Shown here piece by piece: positions 38,838 through 48,908 of a stretch of 64,000 nt of DNA. Origin of the DNA: Nitrososphaerota archaeon (lineage in GTDB: Archaea > Thermoproteota > Nitrososphaeria_A > Caldarchaeales > Calditenuaceae); NCBI GenBank assembly GCA_041641295.1, contig JBEPYO010000001.1, positions 544,001 to 608,000 of the forward strand. Direction: 5' to 3'. The notes under the pieces were generated by a model. It searched no databases, had not been told where the DNA came from, and was given only the letters and a program-made list of their open reading frames with translations. Position 1 is the stretch's first letter; the number at the start of each line of letters is the position of its first letter. The position numbers and the translations under genes were made by a program.

Positions 38838-39895
38838 GCGACAAACACCTGCTTATAGACATCTTCCCATCCCCTCACCCACTATGGAGTACTATTCTAG
38901 AGAAACCGCCCGAGGGAGTTAGATACTTAATCCGTAGAGGCCTGAGTGGGAGAGCCTACCTCGCATTTAGCTCCCTAATCGGAGACCGCAAATTGATACA
39001 CTTCTGTAACGGCATAAAGCTAGCCCCGCGTAGAAGATGGGTGGCAGACATGGAATCCGTCAAGGTCTTGTTCAAGGACTATAGATCTATGTTCAACAAC
39101 GACGCACGGAATGATGCACAGAATAGGATAGAGACGGGCGAGTGCAGATATATCCTCCCACTAACAGAGGCGGCGAAAAAGACCCTCACACGATTCTTAC
39201 GGCTTAAAGGCTTCCAGGTCAGGGTATTGTATCCCACATTCTACACCAATTTGAAGCCAAAGCATGAGGGGCCTCGGGATTTAATCCTATTCATAGGGGG
39301 CTCCTATTTTGATAAGTCATTCGAGGCTAAGGGGGGGAGAGAAGTGTCTATTGCTTGGATGAACATTCATAGAGATTTTAAAAATTACAAGTTTTTCATG
39401 CTCTCCACACCCCCTCCCAGTTTGGCGGAGAAGTTGAGGGGTATGGGTGTTGAGATAGGACCCATGCCACGTGAGAAGCTCCTGACCGAGTTGTATCCAC
39501 GGGCGCGAGTAATATTACTTCCATCCATGATGGATACTGTTGGTTATAGTGTGATAGAGGCAATGAATTTCGGTATCCCTCCTATCGTCAGCGACCATTT
39601 CGCTATGCCGGAACTGGTCGGCGATGCTGGCATCATTCTGCGAACCCCTACAGGCCTCTGGCTAAACGACGGGACCCCAAACATATCTTTTCACCAACAG
39701 CTAGACAACGGTCCATTTAGCGAGCTTTCTGAGCGAATAGCTGACGCTCTACATAGACTACTAAGCGATGATGGTGAGTGGGTAAAGCTTTCAGAAAGAG
39801 CGCTGGCTAGAATGAACAATCCTCCATTCCACATATCCTATAGAAATAAAGTCCTCCACGAAGTATATGAGGATGCTTCGTCAGAGAACGCCTAG
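38834..39895 (+). CDS. Glycosyltransferase family 4
   Basis: LLPSMMDTVGYSVIEAMNFGIPPIVS GT-B motif. Confidence 0.85.
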   Translation: MSDKHLLIDIFPSPHPLWSTILEKPPEGVRYLIRRGLSGRAYLAFSSLIGDRKLIHFCNGIKLAPRRRWVADMESVKVLFKDYRSMFNNDARNDAQNRIETGECRYILPLTEAAKKTLTRFLRLKGFQVRVLYPTFYTNLKPKHEGPRDLILFIGGSYFDKSFEAKGGREVSIAWMNIHRDFKNYKFFMLSTPPPSLAEKLRGMGVEIGPMPREKLLTELYPRARVILLPSMMDTVGYSVIEAMNFGIPPIVSDHFAMPELVGDAGIILRTPTGLWLNDGTPNISFHQQLDNGPFSELSERIADALHRLLSDDGEWVKLSERALARMNNPPFHISYRNKVLHEVYEDASSENA

Positions 39896-41362
39896 CCTTC
39901 TCATTATACTCTTCGCCATTTCCCGGAATTCCTTGTCGAGACAGTAGAGTGAGACAAAATATATTGTTGCACTCACTCCAACGGGGATAAGTGTCTGGGG
40001 AAGGGCTTGAAGGATCTCAGCTGGGAGATGTGATGGGCGCATAACTAGCAGAGCTAAAGCCATCAAGGATGATGCTATTAAGTATCTTGCGATGGAGTGG
40101 AGTGGTAAGTTGAACTTCAAATTATGTCTAGCTATTCTCAACTTATAGACTGTCAGAGCTACCGTCAAAAAGGCGCTCACGAAGACCCACAGGAATAGAG
40201 TCTCCAGAACAGTGGTAGGAGATGCGATGTAAAGTACTGTGACGAGCACAGTTATATAGAGAGCTGAGTAGAAGTAGTTTATCGTAGGGAGTAGAAAGAG
40301 CCTGCTCTTTATAAGTCTCCTCATAGTGACACCTTCTTCAAAATCTGCTCGCTCCTCTCCAATAATGACGGAATCAAATATATTATTCATGATAAAGAAA
40401 ATGGATTGGACTAGGACTAGCGGCATGATGGCCGCTGCACTAACGTAATCTGGCCTCAAGAGATTTAGGAGGTTCTGAGAGAGTATTAGTGCGCCTATGG
40501 AGGAAGGGATGGCCAACATCAAAACGAGCTTGAGAGATACCTCAACATCCTTCTCTGAAGGAACTTGTAGCATCTTGGGGTAGAGGCCGGAGGCCAAATA
40601 GCCAGATGCTGTTACCATGCTTGCGATTAGATAGACGGCTGAAAAGTATCCAAGAGGTTCTGCTGACCCGTAGAGAAGTACTATGATGATGGTGTCTAAA
40701 GCTAAGATGTTTGGAGGGATGGATGAGTAGAGTGGGAGCCATGCTCTGGAGAAGATTTTTATAGCATAGGATTTATCCGGTGACCCCCATTTTATGTCTC
40801 TTAGGAATAATGCCATCGCCGCGCATCGGCTGGTGAATCCCATCACTGCCGCAAGTATTGCGCCCGTGAGCCCGAGCCTTAGAACTATGACTAACATGAC
40901 TCCTATAGGTAATTTTACGACCTCTTGTATTATGCTTGCATAGTAGTTCATGTGTGGTCTTATTGCCGTTCCTGCTGATTCTAAGACTGTGTAGAGGTAG
41001 ATTGTGGGTATCTCGAGGGCTGCTATTATGAAGACTGTTGTGGGGAAATCTACAGAGCTTGCAAATGTGTTTGAGAATGTGATGAAGAGTAGTGTGGCAA
41101 GGATGGAGAGGAGGGCAGCCATTGCTGTTGTTGTTCCGAGGATGGTTTTTCCTTGGGCAATCATTCTCGTTGTCCAGAACCCTATGAAGGCTGAGGGTGT
41201 TACGAAATAGTTTATTAGGGTACCGATGTATCGCCAAACTCCCAGCTCTTCCGGAGTTAGGCGGCGGGTTATAACTAGTGTGAAGGCGAGGCCAGTGAGC
41301 ATTGTGACTAGATATGCCGTATATGCTGTTAGGCCTGTGTATCTGAGTCTGATGCTGGCCAC
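39881..41362 (-). CDS. Wzx/MOP-like oligosaccharide flippase
   Basis: About 12-14 TM; TRRLTPEELGVW; located within a glycosyltransferase cluster. Confidence 0.78.
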   Translation of the reverse strand: MASIRLRYTGLTAYTAYLVTMLTGLAFTLVITRRLTPEELGVWRYIGTLINYFVTPSAFIGFWTTRMIAQGKTILGTTTAMAALLSILATLLFITFSNTFASSVDFPTTVFIIAALEIPTIYLYTVLESAGTAIRPHMNYYASIIQEVVKLPIGVMLVIVLRLGLTGAILAAVMGFTSRCAAMALFLRDIKWGSPDKSYAIKIFSRAWLPLYSSIPPNILALDTIIIVLLYGSAEPLGYFSAVYLIASMVTASGYLASGLYPKMLQVPSEKDVEVSLKLVLMLAIPSSIGALILSQNLLNLLRPDYVSAAAIMPLVLVQSIFFIMNNIFDSVIIGEERADFEEGVTMRRLIKSRLFLLPTINYFYSALYITVLVTVLYIASPTTVLETLFLWVFVSAFLTVALTVYKLRIARHNLKFNLPLHSIARYLIASSLMALALLVMRPSHLPAEILQALPQTLIPVGVSATIYFVSLYCLDKEFREMAKSIMRRLGVL

Positions 41363-41441
41363 CTCTCACTCCCCGTTAATTTTCATGTAACAATCAAGTT
41401 GATGAGGGTCCTAATTAACCAGAGAGACGGATGATATATCC

Positions 41442-42608
41442 CTATTGATCTATTAGGGGGGCTACTGCTTTGGCGTATTTGGGTATTAGCTTCTGCCAAT
41501 CATAGTATTGTTCGACAATGCGTCTTGCTCTTTGGGCCTTGGTCTCAGCGTCTTCTTTTTCATTTAAGGCTCTGAGTATTTCTAGTGCGAACTCTTCAGG
41601 ATCACGGCGCCTTGCGATAAATGCAGAGTCTGGGTCGAGAACATTAAGCCTTGCAGGTGTGGCAACCATGACTATGGGGCGTTGGGCCGCCATGTATTCA
41701 AACAACTTTTGCTGTTCAGCATAGTACGTGCCGAGGATATCACCAATTGGCAGGACTAGGGCATTACTCGCCTTGAAAAGGCTCATCCTTACAGGCTCAT
41801 AGGGGGCCATGGGCGGGAGAAGAATGGTGTGATTTTCTAATCCGCGTTTTCTCACTTGTACTTCCACCCATTTCCACATTGGTGTGCTTGGCGCGGCCGC
41901 CCCTTGAATTATTAGTTTAAAGCTACTGGTGCTTTTTGCCAATGCCTGTACAGAATCTAGTAACAGTTCAAGACCCTGGCCCTCCCGCCGACCCCATAAA
42001 TACGCTGCGCCACTGTATGTTATTATTCTATTCTCCTTAAGTCCGTATAGTGACCTGAAAAGCTGAGGGTCGGCCCCCATATAGTGCTTGTCGAATTGTT
42101 GCAGTTCTATGCCGAATGGTACGTAGGTTGCTCTTTTTAATAGTTTGGGGTGGTTTTTCTCGGCTAGTGTTTTTATGGCTCTGCTTGCGAATATGACGAG
42201 ATCTGCGAGTTCTATCATTCTTTGATCATAGAATGGGATTGAGCCGTCGTCTTGAATGGTGACGTCTTGACAGTCTATAATTAGTGGGACCTTCTCGCGG
42301 AATAGGGCTTTGAGGGCGAGGACTCCTATGGTATTCATGTTGATGCAGAGGGCAGCGTGGTTTTTTGGTAATGTAGTGTATATGGCGGCGTCGTATACGG
42401 TGTCTTTGCACAACCAGTTTATTGGTGGTGGCAGTAGGTTTGATAGGGATGTGGCGGCTTTCAGAGTCTTATATTTGTTGACTAGATCCCAGCCCAGGTA
42501 TATTTTTGTTTTGACCCCTAGGAGTTTTAGGGCTTGGGAGGCGAGGAGCGGTCTTCTGTATCTGAGTGGTGGGAAGGATGTTAGGTATATTGCGTGTTTA
42601 TCACTCAT
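41442..42608 (-). CDS. Glycosyltransferase family 4
   Basis: KLFEYMAAQRPIV; start MSDKH at 42608 overlaps the epimerase stop. Confidence 0.85.
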   Translation of the reverse strand: MSDKHAIYLTSFPPLRYRRPLLASQALKLLGVKTKIYLGWDLVNKYKTLKAATSLSNLLPPPINWLCKDTVYDAAIYTTLPKNHAALCINMNTIGVLALKALFREKVPLIIDCQDVTIQDDGSIPFYDQRMIELADLVIFASRAIKTLAEKNHPKLLKRATYVPFGIELQQFDKHYMGADPQLFRSLYGLKENRIITYSGAAYLWGRREGQGLELLLDSVQALAKSTSSFKLIIQGAAAPSTPMWKWVEVQVRKRGLENHTILLPPMAPYEPVRMSLFKASNALVLPIGDILGTYYAEQQKLFEYMAAQRPIVMVATPARLNVLDPDSAFIARRRDPEEFALEILRALNEKEDAETKAQRARRIVEQYYDWQKLIPKYAKAVAPLIDQ

Positions 42609-43543
42609 GGTTGGATTTCTTTTCTGATCCATTCGTATTCTTTTCTTAGTCCTTCGTCTAGTTTTGTCTCGGGTCTCCATCCGAGCTTTTCTTCTGCTTT
42701 CCTGTAGCTTCCTATGAATCTTTGTATGTCTCCTTTTCTGGGTGGGTGGTATTCTACTCCTGCCTTGCTTCCGGTTATTTCTAGTATCTTTTTTGCGAGC
42801 TGGTTTAGTGTTGTTCCTATGCCTGTTGGGAGTAGGAATGTTTCCCCTATTGCTTCTTGGTTCTGGATTGCTAGTAGGTATGCCTTCGCTGTGTCGACTA
42901 CATACGTGTAGTCTCTCACCTGTTCGCCGGTGCCGTATATTGGTAGTGGTTTTCCCTTGATTGCTAGTTCGAACCAGTATGCTATGAAGTTGTACCAGCC
43001 GCCGGCCCAGTATGGCTGTCTTGGGCCGTAGACGTTGCTTGGTCTTAGTATGACGTATTTTAGTCCGTATAGTCCGTTGTATATTTTGCAGAGCATTTCT
43101 CCGTATATTTTGTGGGTGTTGTAGAATGTTGAGGGGTTGTAGGGCCAGTTTTCGTCTGCTATGTGTGGTGGTGGGATGTCTCCGTGGACGCTTCTGCTGC
43201 TGGTGTATATGAGGAGGGCTTTTGTGTTGTTTTTTCTGAGGGATTCCAAGAGTCTGAAGGTTCCTTCGGCGTTTCTTGCGAAGTCTTCTTCGGGGTAGTC
43301 GACTGATTTGAAAGTTGAGACTTGGGCCGCGGCGTGTATGACGACGTCCACATCTTTTACGTCGTTAGCAGAGATGTTTCTGACGTCCTTGACTACTAGT
43401 TCGGCGTCTTCGGGGAGGTTTGTCCGTCTTCCTGCCGATAGGTCGTCGATTACTTTGACAGTGTAGCCGTTTCTCAGCAGTAGTTCCACTATATGGGAGC
43501 CTATGAATCCGGCACCTCCTGTCACAAGTACGTGTTCCTTCAA
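42605..43543 (-). CDS. NAD-dependent nucleotide-sugar epimerase/dehydratase (GalE-like)
   Basis: GGAGFIG, YNTHK, NVYGPRQ, GEQVRDYTYV. Confidence 0.9.
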   Translation of the reverse strand: MKEHVLVTGGAGFIGSHIVELLLRNGYTVKVIDDLSAGRRTNLPEDAELVVKDVRNISANDVKDVDVVIHAAAQVSTFKSVDYPEEDFARNAEGTFRLLESLRKNNTKALLIYTSSRSVHGDIPPPHIADENWPYNPSTFYNTHKIYGEMLCKIYNGLYGLKYVILRPSNVYGPRQPYWAGGWYNFIAYWFELAIKGKPLPIYGTGEQVRDYTYVVDTAKAYLLAIQNQEAIGETFLLPTGIGTTLNQLAKKILEITGSKAGVEYHPPRKGDIQRFIGSYRKAEEKLGWRPETKLDEGLRKEYEWIRKEIQP

Positions 43544-43664
43544 ACTGTCTTCACAATTCTCCCGCCATAGCTATTTTTAAGGATGTTGATGAGGTGAAGG
43601 ATCTAATTCTGCGATGGACGAGTAGGGGTGGTGGCTGGAGTAGGGGTCGGTTTAGCATATTTCC

Positions 43665-44765
43665 TTAGAGCGCCATTTTTCTGAATTCTACAACTTCGTA
43701 GTCTGTTTGGTCTGTTATTGTAACTTTTTCGGAGTTATACCCCCCTCTTATTAGCCAGTAGATGAGTGCTATGCTTAGAGCTAGTGATTTTGCCAGCCTG
43801 AAAGGGAGCGTTAATGGGTAGAGGGTTAGACGTCCAATCCCTACTGCCCTTCGTGAATAAGCTAGGAAACCTCCGGCCAGTAGTGCTAGGAGTGGGTAGT
43901 AGGTTAGTGGGGATAAGAATATGCTTGTGAGTAGGGCGTCCCAGTATAGGATGCTCTTTACAGCGCTGGATGCTATCTTGTTTTTTAAGAAGAGCTTTGC
44001 CTCTGATCGGGCACCGGCAAAGAAATATTTTCTAATCTCTCTTAGTGAGTATCTTCTAAGATGCTTTACTATTACCCTAGAATCAAATAGGCAAGTAAGG
44101 CCTTTCCGCGTGGCCCGTCTCCCCCAGTCTAGGTCTTCAATGAATCTTATATCTTCGTCAAAATATCCAACACTCTTTGCAGTCTCTAGGTTGATAAGAC
44201 ATGCAGCCGTGTTGCATGCCTCTCCTCTACTAACCCGGTGTTTGGGATTTGCACGTCTAGCTTTGAGATACTTTGCATACAGTCGCTCAAGGAAGTCCAG
44301 GTTCTCATAGCCTACGTCCCATACTGTGCTTACACAAACTATGGATGGCTCTTTGCTAATTAGTTCAAGTCCTCTATTGAGGAAGTCTTTATCTATTATT
44401 ATGTCGGAATCTATGAATGCTAAGTATTTGAATTTTAGCTCTTGAGCGGTTTTGAGGGCTATGTTGCGTAGTCTGCTTGGGTTTCCGGCTGCTCTTATGT
44501 GTAGTACGCCTCCGTAGTTTTCGCCGTGTTTTTTTAGCCAGTTTTTGCAGAAGTCAAATGCACCGTCTTTTGAATAGTTGTCGATGAGGCAGAGGAATAT
44601 TCGTTCCTTTGGGTAGTTTAGACTTGATAGTGATTCGAGGGCGCGGGATAGTGTGTCTCCCTTCATACTGTGATAGATCATTGTTACGAATATTGGTAGT
44701 TGTTTTTCCGCTGGAACTGGTTTCTCAGTTTGCATGCCTGTGGGTATTTTTGGGGCTGGACACAT
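43665..44765 (-). CDS. Glycosyltransferase family 2
   Basis: IDNYSKD, FIDSD, EDLDW; C-terminal TM segments. Confidence 0.85.
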   Translation of the reverse strand: MCPAPKIPTGMQTEKPVPAEKQLPIFVTMIYHSMKGDTLSRALESLSSLNYPKERIFLCLIDNYSKDGAFDFCKNWLKKHGENYGGVLHIRAAGNPSRLRNIALKTAQELKFKYLAFIDSDIIIDKDFLNRGLELISKEPSIVCVSTVWDVGYENLDFLERLYAKYLKARRANPKHRVSRGEACNTAACLINLETAKSVGYFDEDIRFIEDLDWGRRATRKGLTCLFDSRVIVKHLRRYSLREIRKYFFAGARSEAKLFLKNKIASSAVKSILYWDALLTSIFLSPLTYYPLLALLAGGFLAYSRRAVGIGRLTLYPLTLPFRLAKSLALSIALIYWLIRGGYNSEKVTITDQTDYEVVEFRKMAL

Positions 44766-44813
44766 AAAAATCTAAGCTTATGCGGCTTTATAGCTTGTCA
44801 TGGATTATACGTT

Positions 44814-45443
44814 CTAATGGTTGAATATGCTTCTGGTGAGCCATCGGCGGTATAGCAGCCATTCCAGTATCCACTTTAGCCTCCTAGCTAGCTCTAGTGG
44901 GTTCTTTCTCAGTATTAGTCGGTGGATGGGGAGCTCTCTATGCTCTAGGTATGCCCAAGTTAGGTGTTTCTGGTTCAGGAGGTATCTAGGGTTAGGATTG
45001 ATGTTAAGGTGCTGTAATTCGAGCGCTTGACAGTCCAGCTCATCAATATTCAGCCCCATCTTTTTCAACCTGATCTTGAGCTCGATGTCCTCGCCCATAT
45101 TCGGTTTGAGCCTCTCATCATAACCGCCCGAGGCGAAGAACGTCACTGCGTTAATCACTAAAATATGGGGTTGAGCATGCCAAATGGCTCGACCTCTGCT
45201 TTTCTTAAATTCGACTAGAAATGTGTAGAGGGCTCGCCAATTCAGACGCGCGTCGTCATCGATGAAGCAGAGAACCTCTCCCCTTGCTACTGCTGCTCCT
45301 ATGTTCCTTGACCTGCTAGCATTGCGCCATCTGTCTCTCACCTCTATTACTTCAACTCCTCGAGACTCTAGTTCCTCCCGTGGCAGATACTGGATTGTCT
45401 TGTTATCCCCCAGTGTGGGTATAATTATCGAGGCCCATACCAC
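44814..45443 (-). CDS. Compact glycosyltransferase family 2
   Basis: SIIIPTL, SRNIGA, FIDDD, GGYDE, GEDIEL. Confidence 0.8.
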   Translation of the reverse strand: MVWASIIIPTLGDNKTIQYLPREELESRGVEVIEVRDRWRNASRSRNIGAAVARGEVLCFIDDDARLNWRALYTFLVEFKKSRGRAIWHAQPHILVINAVTFFASGGYDERLKPNMGEDIELKIRLKKMGLNIDELDCQALELQHLNINPNPRYLLNQKHLTWAYLEHRELPIHRLILRKNPLELARRLKWILEWLLYRRWLTRSIFNH

Positions 45444-45457
45444 TATCTAAAACCACC

Positions 45458-46225
45458 TCATCTTTTCCTAGTTGCTACGAGGTAACATTGACCCTTAAAA
45501 GGTTTGAACCCCGCGAATGTGTGAAACTTGTATCCGTACTTAGTTAATAGATCGGCTACCTGGTCATATGTGCCATGGCATTCTATAAGTAAGAGTGGAT
45601 TTCTCTCATTAATTGTTTTCTCTGCACCCTTTAAGATCCTTAATTCTCCGCCCTCGGCATCTATCTTGATGAGTAAATCTCCCTCGGGAATGTGTATGTC
45701 ATCTATCTTGATCGTTTTTAAGATGATTCTGTTTACCGTTTTACTTTTAGGAGCCCACTTTTTAAACATCCGTGCCTCTGCAAACATACTATCGCATCCA
45801 GGCAGTTGAAGGAACTCTAGAGTTGACCCATCTCCGGCGGGAGCTGGAATAACACGTATCCTGTTATCTTTTTGGGATAACCTCTGCAGTATTTCTACAT
45901 ATTGTGGTACAGGTTCGATGGCAATTATTGCTTTTGCTTTTTCCGCTATTATTGTTGTGTCGCCTATGTATGCGCCGACGTCTATGTAGACCCCCCTCCA
46001 CTTCGATATTATTTGCCTGAACATCTGCTCCCCTTCAGAACTCCAATCAAGTATCATTAAGACCTTATACGCAACCCTTCTAAGCATAGGTATTTTAGTC
46101 ATTCTTCTCAACAAAAACCACCGTAGACGCCAATGTACCGACCTTGGATCTTCAAGCAACTTATAGATTACGAACAAGGGGTTTATGAGGCGAGTCGGCT
46201 TAGAAGTGTCTTTCTTTGTTACCAT
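45458..46225 (-). CDS. FkbM-family methyltransferase
   Basis: IDVGAYIG, IEP, IKIDAEGGE, LLIECH. Confidence 0.88.
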   Translation of the reverse strand: MVTKKDTSKPTRLINPLFVIYKLLEDPRSVHWRLRWFLLRRMTKIPMLRRVAYKVLMILDWSSEGEQMFRQIISKWRGVYIDVGAYIGDTTIIAEKAKAIIAIEPVPQYVEILQRLSQKDNRIRVIPAPAGDGSTLEFLQLPGCDSMFAEARMFKKWAPKSKTVNRIILKTIKIDDIHIPEGDLLIKIDAEGGELRILKGAEKTINERNPLLLIECHGTYDQVADLLTKYGYKFHTFAGFKPFKGQCYLVATRKR

Positions 46226-47052
46226 GGAATCTCGCCATACCTAGTTGCAATTAAATGATAGTTATGCCATCTAGCTCTGGCTGTAGAATAAACACGCGAT
46301 AGCCCTTCTTTATTAAGTGAGGGTACTATTTCTAGGCTTTCTCTACTCATAGGTGTGTAATGAACTTCAACTACTAAGTTCCTGACAGATGAGAGGTCTA
46401 AGGTGGGATCTGTTAGGACATGACATTCGGCGCTTTCAATATCCATCTTCACGAGATCAACCCCGCTGAGCCCCATCCTTCTCACGAGTGTATCAAGCCT
46501 AATGGTCCTCACCTTAATTGTCCCATCGCTTAAATACCCTCTTGCCATATGATCTATTATCGGTGTCATACTACCTGCTTGGCTTAATTCACCTTTTCCT
46601 GTATAGAACTCTATATCTTCATCGTCACATGTCCAGACAGCTAGTCTAACTGTCCGGATGTTGTCTGCTTTGGGTAATTCACGTACTAACGCTTGATAAT
46701 TCTGAGGGACAGGTTCGACTGCTACTATTAGCGAGCCGTGTCGACGCCTTAAAATTCTATAGGCCTTCAAGGTATGAAATCCAGTATAAGCACCAACGTC
46801 AATAAAAATGGAGTCGCCTTCCCTCATAACCTTGGATATTACTCGTGCTACATGAGGCTCATACGGTGCACTTATACTTAGTATGCCATATCGAGCATCC
46901 CACCCAGCTCCATAATGTAGCCCTAACAATTGCATGTACCGGTTGGGCCGCTCCTTACCGATTAATACCCTCATAGTGGCTCGCAGAAGTGCGTAGCCAA
47001 TGTAGAGCAGCCCAACCCACGCCATTACACCAGCCACACGAAGATCAGCCAT
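46219..47052 (-). CDS. FkbM-family methyltransferase
   Basis: FIDVGAYTG, VEP, VKMDIESAE, VVEVH. Confidence 0.85.
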   Translation of the reverse strand: MADLRVAGVMAWVGLLYIGYALLRATMRVLIGKERPNRYMQLLGLHYGAGWDARYGILSISAPYEPHVARVISKVMREGDSIFIDVGAYTGFHTLKAYRILRRRHGSLIVAVEPVPQNYQALVRELPKADNIRTVRLAVWTCDDEDIEFYTGKGELSQAGSMTPIIDHMARGYLSDGTIKVRTIRLDTLVRRMGLSGVDLVKMDIESAECHVLTDPTLDLSSVRNLVVEVHYTPMSRESLEIVPSLNKEGLSRVYSTARARWHNYHLIATRYGEIPW

Positions 47053-47095
47053 AACACCCTTCTAAGGCTGCTGACTCACTGCTGATAAATTAATT

Positions 47096-47735
47096 TTATC
47101 CAAAAATGCTCCTCCTCTTCCATCTAGTGAATAGTATCCATTGAAGAGCCCAAAACCATATCCTAGCTAGCTTTATAGGGTGTTTTCGTAATAAGACACG
47201 TCGAAGCGGAAAAGTTCCATACTCGATATATGTCCAAGTAAAACTCTTATTTGCAGCCAAGTAGTGCCTTCTATCCCACGTATCGCGGAGATGAACCAGC
47301 CTTATATCCAGTAAATTGACACTCACCCCCATGTGCCGCAGCCTCTCCCTAATCTCAACCGCTTCAGCCCCCCTTATAGGATGACGCTCATCATATCCAC
47401 CCACCCTGAAGAATACATCACTCCTGACAATCAAGATATGAGGCGCGTCACTCCAATAACACTCAACACCACAAGCATCACTAACATGAAGAATCCTCTG
47501 CTTAAGCTGCTCAAAATCAAACTCCGCATCATCATCAATGAAACACAATACCGACCCCCTTGAGACGGCTGCCCAAATATTCCTACTTCTACTGGCATTC
47601 CTCATCCCCCACCGGTCATGAACGATAATAAGCTCCACACCCTGCCTCCTCAACTACTCCTCATCAGTCAACGAGTAAAGAGTAGGCGGGATCCTCCACC
47701 AAAGTCGGAATAATAATCGAGCAACAAGGCCTCAT
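47096..47735 (-). pseudogene. Decayed compact GT2, paralog of 44814..45443
   Basis: ATG 47735 gives MRPCCSIIIPTL, then a frameshift near 47690 and an in-frame TAG at 47654-47656 before LRRQGVE...FIDDD...GGYDER. Confidence 0.72.
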
Positions 47736-47788
47736 TTCCCACAACTACCTACACATTACTTTATATAACCCTTCCAAGAGCAGATCAA

Positions 47789-48835
47789 ATGGTGCGTGCA
47801 TCAATAATAATACCAGCATACAACGAGGAAAGACACATCGCTAAATGTATAGAATCTCTTCTACAACAAAATTACAGCGACATAGAAATAATCATCATAG
47901 ACAATGGATCAAAAGATAAGACTAGAGACATAGCACAGAGCTATATTGAGAAGTATCCTCAAAAAATCCGCCTCATAAAACTCAGCCAAAACATGGGCCC
48001 AGGTGCAGCAAGAAACATCGGAGCCAAACAAGCCAGCGGAGAAATCTTACTCTTCCTCGACGCTGACATGATCTTTCCACCAGACTACATTACGAATCTT
48101 GTGGAACCAATCAAAAGAAACATGGCCGTATCAACTTCACATAGTGAGGAGCTGGTGGGAAATTTAGAAAAAAGGTGGGTGAAAGTTCAAGGACAGCTCA
48201 AGAAGAGCCCACACACGGGAAAAATAGGCGTCGCCAGAGCTATCAGGAAAGACATATTTTTAAAATATGGAGGCTTCGACCCTACACTACATTACCATGA
48301 TGACAGAACATTCTTCCACAAAAGTGGAATCGAGGCACTAGTTATATCCGAGGCACACTGCTACCCCAACAATCCCGACACATTATATGAAATTTTTAGA
48401 AGGAACTATTGGATAGGTAGGACATATATAGCCATAACATTGAGGGAGAAAGGTTTGAAGGGCTTACTAGAGGTGGCGAGAACCGCTATTATCAGACTTA
48501 TAGATCTCACCGCCATCCCATTCGCAGCATCGTGGCTAGCGTGCAGGCTAACTGGCATCACAAACTCCCTGATAGAGGCTCTCCTCATAACCCCGCCAAT
48601 CCTCTTCATACTAGCCATAGTCAAGATGAAAATCGTAAACGCCCCATCCATTAAAGAGAAGATAATACTAAGATCTCTCTACGCCCCCGCATACAGAATC
48701 GTCAGGGCAGCAGGTCTCATAGCAGGACTGACAGCCTCTCTAACGAGAGGCCTAACAGTAAAACCGAAAACACAGCCCATCACAACACTACACCAGCACA
48801 ACAATACGGGCTCACCATACCAACATAAATCCTAG
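47789..48835 (+). CDS. Glycosyltransferase family 2
   Basis: SIIIPAYNEE, IDNGSKD, ARNIG, FLDAD. Confidence 0.9.
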   Translation: MVRASIIIPAYNEERHIAKCIESLLQQNYSDIEIIIIDNGSKDKTRDIAQSYIEKYPQKIRLIKLSQNMGPGAARNIGAKQASGEILLFLDADMIFPPDYITNLVEPIKRNMAVSTSHSEELVGNLEKRWVKVQGQLKKSPHTGKIGVARAIRKDIFLKYGGFDPTLHYHDDRTFFHKSGIEALVISEAHCYPNNPDTLYEIFRRNYWIGRTYIAITLREKGLKGLLEVARTAIIRLIDLTAIPFAASWLACRLTGITNSLIEALLITPPILFILAIVKMKIVNAPSIKEKIILRSLYAPAYRIVRAAGLIAGLTASLTRGLTVKPKTQPITTLHQHNNTGSPYQHKS

Positions 48836-48908
48836 CAAACCCACCCCATAACGTAGCCGGACTACTCGCCTCCAACACTTATAAACTCACCACAAGTCAT
48901 ACATATTA

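Noticed and set aside
47654-47656. In-frame TAG as pyrrolysine or readthrough
   Set aside because: Accompanied by a frameshift and a motif substitution, and no pyl genes are in the window; decay is the simpler explanation.
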